A DNA stretch of 64,000 nt, taken from the NCBI GenBank assembly GCA_965214405.1, contig OZ243956.1, positions 736,001 to 800,000 on the forward strand, read 5' to 3'. Position numbers and translations under genes: made by a program. The notes under the pieces were generated by a model. The model ran no database searches, was not told the origin of the DNA, and saw only the letters and a program-made list of their open reading frames with translations. This stretch comes from Trueperaceae bacterium. GTDB lineage: Bacteria; Deinococcota; Deinococci; Deinococcales; Trueperaceae. Each line of letters begins with the position of its first letter. Position 1 is the first letter of the stretch. Positions 62,165 through 64,000 of the stretch are shown piece by piece.

Positions 62165-62225
62165 GTAAGCGGTGGGCGTAGCGGGCTGTAAGCCTGCTTT
62201 TTTACGCCCACCTCAAAACGCTTAC
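62165..62225. repeat. Nested inverted repeat between the binding-protein and permease genes
   Basis: GTAAGCG/CGCTTAC, GGTGGGCGTA/TACGCCCACC, GCGGGCT/AGCCTGC. Confidence 0.7.
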
Positions 62226-62231
62226 TTAAAC

Positions 62232-63334
62232 CTACTGGTCAATCAGCTCAAACGCGCCGTCGTTGACTCTGAACAAGAAAAACCTGCTGTTTTCGGCCTG
62301 GTTGTTCTCGTCAAATGACACGGGCACGCCCAAGGGCGTCTCGAGGTTCATCGTTCCTAACGCGTTCACCACGCACTCACGTGTTACGGTTTCGGCGCAG
62401 TTCTCGATGGCCTCGAGCGCCACAAAAGTCGCTAACGCCGACGCGCCGCCAAAGGCCCCGAAGTTCTCCGAAAACTCGGCCTGATACGCCTCGTTAAAGG
62501 GCTGCATCGCCTCGACCTGGTTGGGGTCCGGCGCAAAAAAGGTGACGTACGCGCCCTCGGCGGCCTCCCCGGCGATGTCCACCCACTCGAGGCTAAAGCC
62601 GCCGTCGGGCATAAACAGGGTGTTGTCAAAACCTTGCTGCGCAAGCGCGACGGCCATCCCGGCACCTTGGCTCGAGATTTGGTTGGGAAGAACACGACAT
62701 CGGCACCCGAAGCAATCGCCGCCGTGGCGACCGAAGAAAAGTCGGTCGCGTCTTGAGAAATGGACGCCCGCTCGATGGTGGTAATTTCCGCGTCGCGGAG
62801 CAGGTCTTCAATCTCGTCGTTAAGACCCACGGCGTAGCTCGACTGGTCATCTAACAAAAAGGCCGATTCGACATTTAAGTCGTTGAGCCAAAAATCGACA
62901 ATCGTCTGGCTCTGGTCGGCGTCGTTCGGGATGGGCCTAAAAAAAGTCGACGCGCCCCCTTCCGTGAGGTCGGTGCGGGTACACGACTGGGTAATGCTCG
63001 CCAAGCCCGCCTCCTCAAAAATCGGCTGCGTCGCCTCGCACACCTGGCTGCCCATCGGCCCGACCACCGCGTAAACATTAGGGTCGGCGGCGAGCCTTTC
63101 GGCCACGACGCGCCCGACGTCCGGGTTAACTTCGGTGTCGCCCTCGACGAGTTCGACGTTCATCCCGGTGCGCTCGTTAAAGGCGTCAATAACAACTTTT
63201 GTAAAACCCAGAGCTTCCTGACCGATAGAGGCGGCCCCGCCCGTGAGGGGTCCCATAAAGGCGATTTTGATGTTTTGGGCGGCGGCGGTGCCCAAAAAGA
63301 GCAGTGCGGCGAGGGCGAAAGGTAAAAATCTCAT
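62232..63334 (-). pseudogene. LivK/LivJ-type binding protein split by a 1-bp frameshift
   Basis: ORFs 62432-63334 and 62232-62657 join if one base is added in the G run at 62685-62687, giving FFP-NQISSQGAGMAVAL. Confidence 0.85.
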
Positions 63335-63777
63335 GATGTTGCCTCCTTTGATTGACTTTCAGCGTCACTGGGCCGATGTTCCGACGGATAATCCACGATC
63401 TTGTCCCACTCGTCAGCCGCCGAGCGCGCCACGACGGCCACGAGCGGCCCGTCGCCGATGTTGAAGACCTCGTGGGGCACGCCCGCCTCGTTCTCGACCG
63501 AGTGTTTGAGGTCGGGGCCGAAGTCGTGACGCACCCTGCCCTGCAGGATGAAGAGCATCACCTCGAAACCCTCGTGGATGTGCGCGTAAGCGACCGCGCC
63601 CGGCGGCACCGTGGCGACGTTCATCGAGAGCCCCTGCGAGCCTACGTTCTTGCCCGACAGGCCGGTTTTGTAGCGGATGCCGTTCCAGGCGCGGTCGTCG
63701 GCCCCGCCGCCGCGGACGGTCTGGACGCCGCCCAAGTCTTCGACGTACTTTTTCAGGTCTTTTTGCGTATCGGCCAC
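63331..63777 (-). CDS. Cupin domain protein, possibly with an internal deletion
   Basis: Motif 1 HIHEGFE...LQG is present; motif 2 reads EAGVPH; GAGGAGG RBS. Confidence 0.8.
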   Translation of the reverse strand: MADTQKDLKKYVEDLGGVQTVRGGGADDRAWNGIRYKTGLSGKNVGSQGLSMNVATVPPGAVAYAHIHEGFEVMLFILQGRVRHDFGPDLKHSVENEAGVPHEVFNIGDGPLVAVVARSAADEWDKIVDYPSEHRPSDAESQSKEATS

Positions 63778-64000
63778 GTAACCTCCTCAGATGGACGCGT
63801 TGCTTTTTCTGGTTTGCGCCGTCTCACCGTTGAGATATGCGCTCGAGCCTCCTCTCTGTAAGTGTGACTACAGTTAATATCTAGCGTACCGTAAGTTGAT
63901 GGGTAAATGTAGCCCGCTGAGGCTTGGTGAAGGCGCATCCTAAAAGGGGGCGGTTTGCAAAGCTGTAAGCGTCACACCCTTGAGCCTAGCTCCCACAGAC

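Overview
High-GC bacterial chromosome segment. Gene content (ClpC type, TPR-GGDEF protein) suggests Deinococcota, possibly Trueperaceae-like; this is inference. (1) 1-7.5 kb is housekeeping: radA 5' end, clpC, glyQ, glyS, an SDR, a 5x15-bp tandem repeat and tRNA-Ser(CGA). (2) 7.5-19.5 kb is accessory and partly decayed: small co-oriented immunity-like genes with one attC-like spacer, two c-di-GMP proteins, an IS4-family element with a 9-bp target duplication inside an already broken gene, and a nucleotidyltransferase. (3) 19.6-36.2 kb is a 16-gene sugar uptake and oxidative catabolism cluster with three copies of a dre-like GntR operator. (4) 36.3-63.8 kb is an aromatic/indole catabolism region: abm-type aminobenzoyl-CoA operon, Ntn acylase, split TPP decarboxylase, isatin-hydrolase-like cyclase, two Liv-type ABC transporters and two PLP enzymes. 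It carries several small lesions, an AT-rich Lit-like peptidase gene and a PIN/Phd toxin-antitoxin pair. CTCGAG is strongly over-represented in native DNA. All calls come from reading the sequence; no searches were run.
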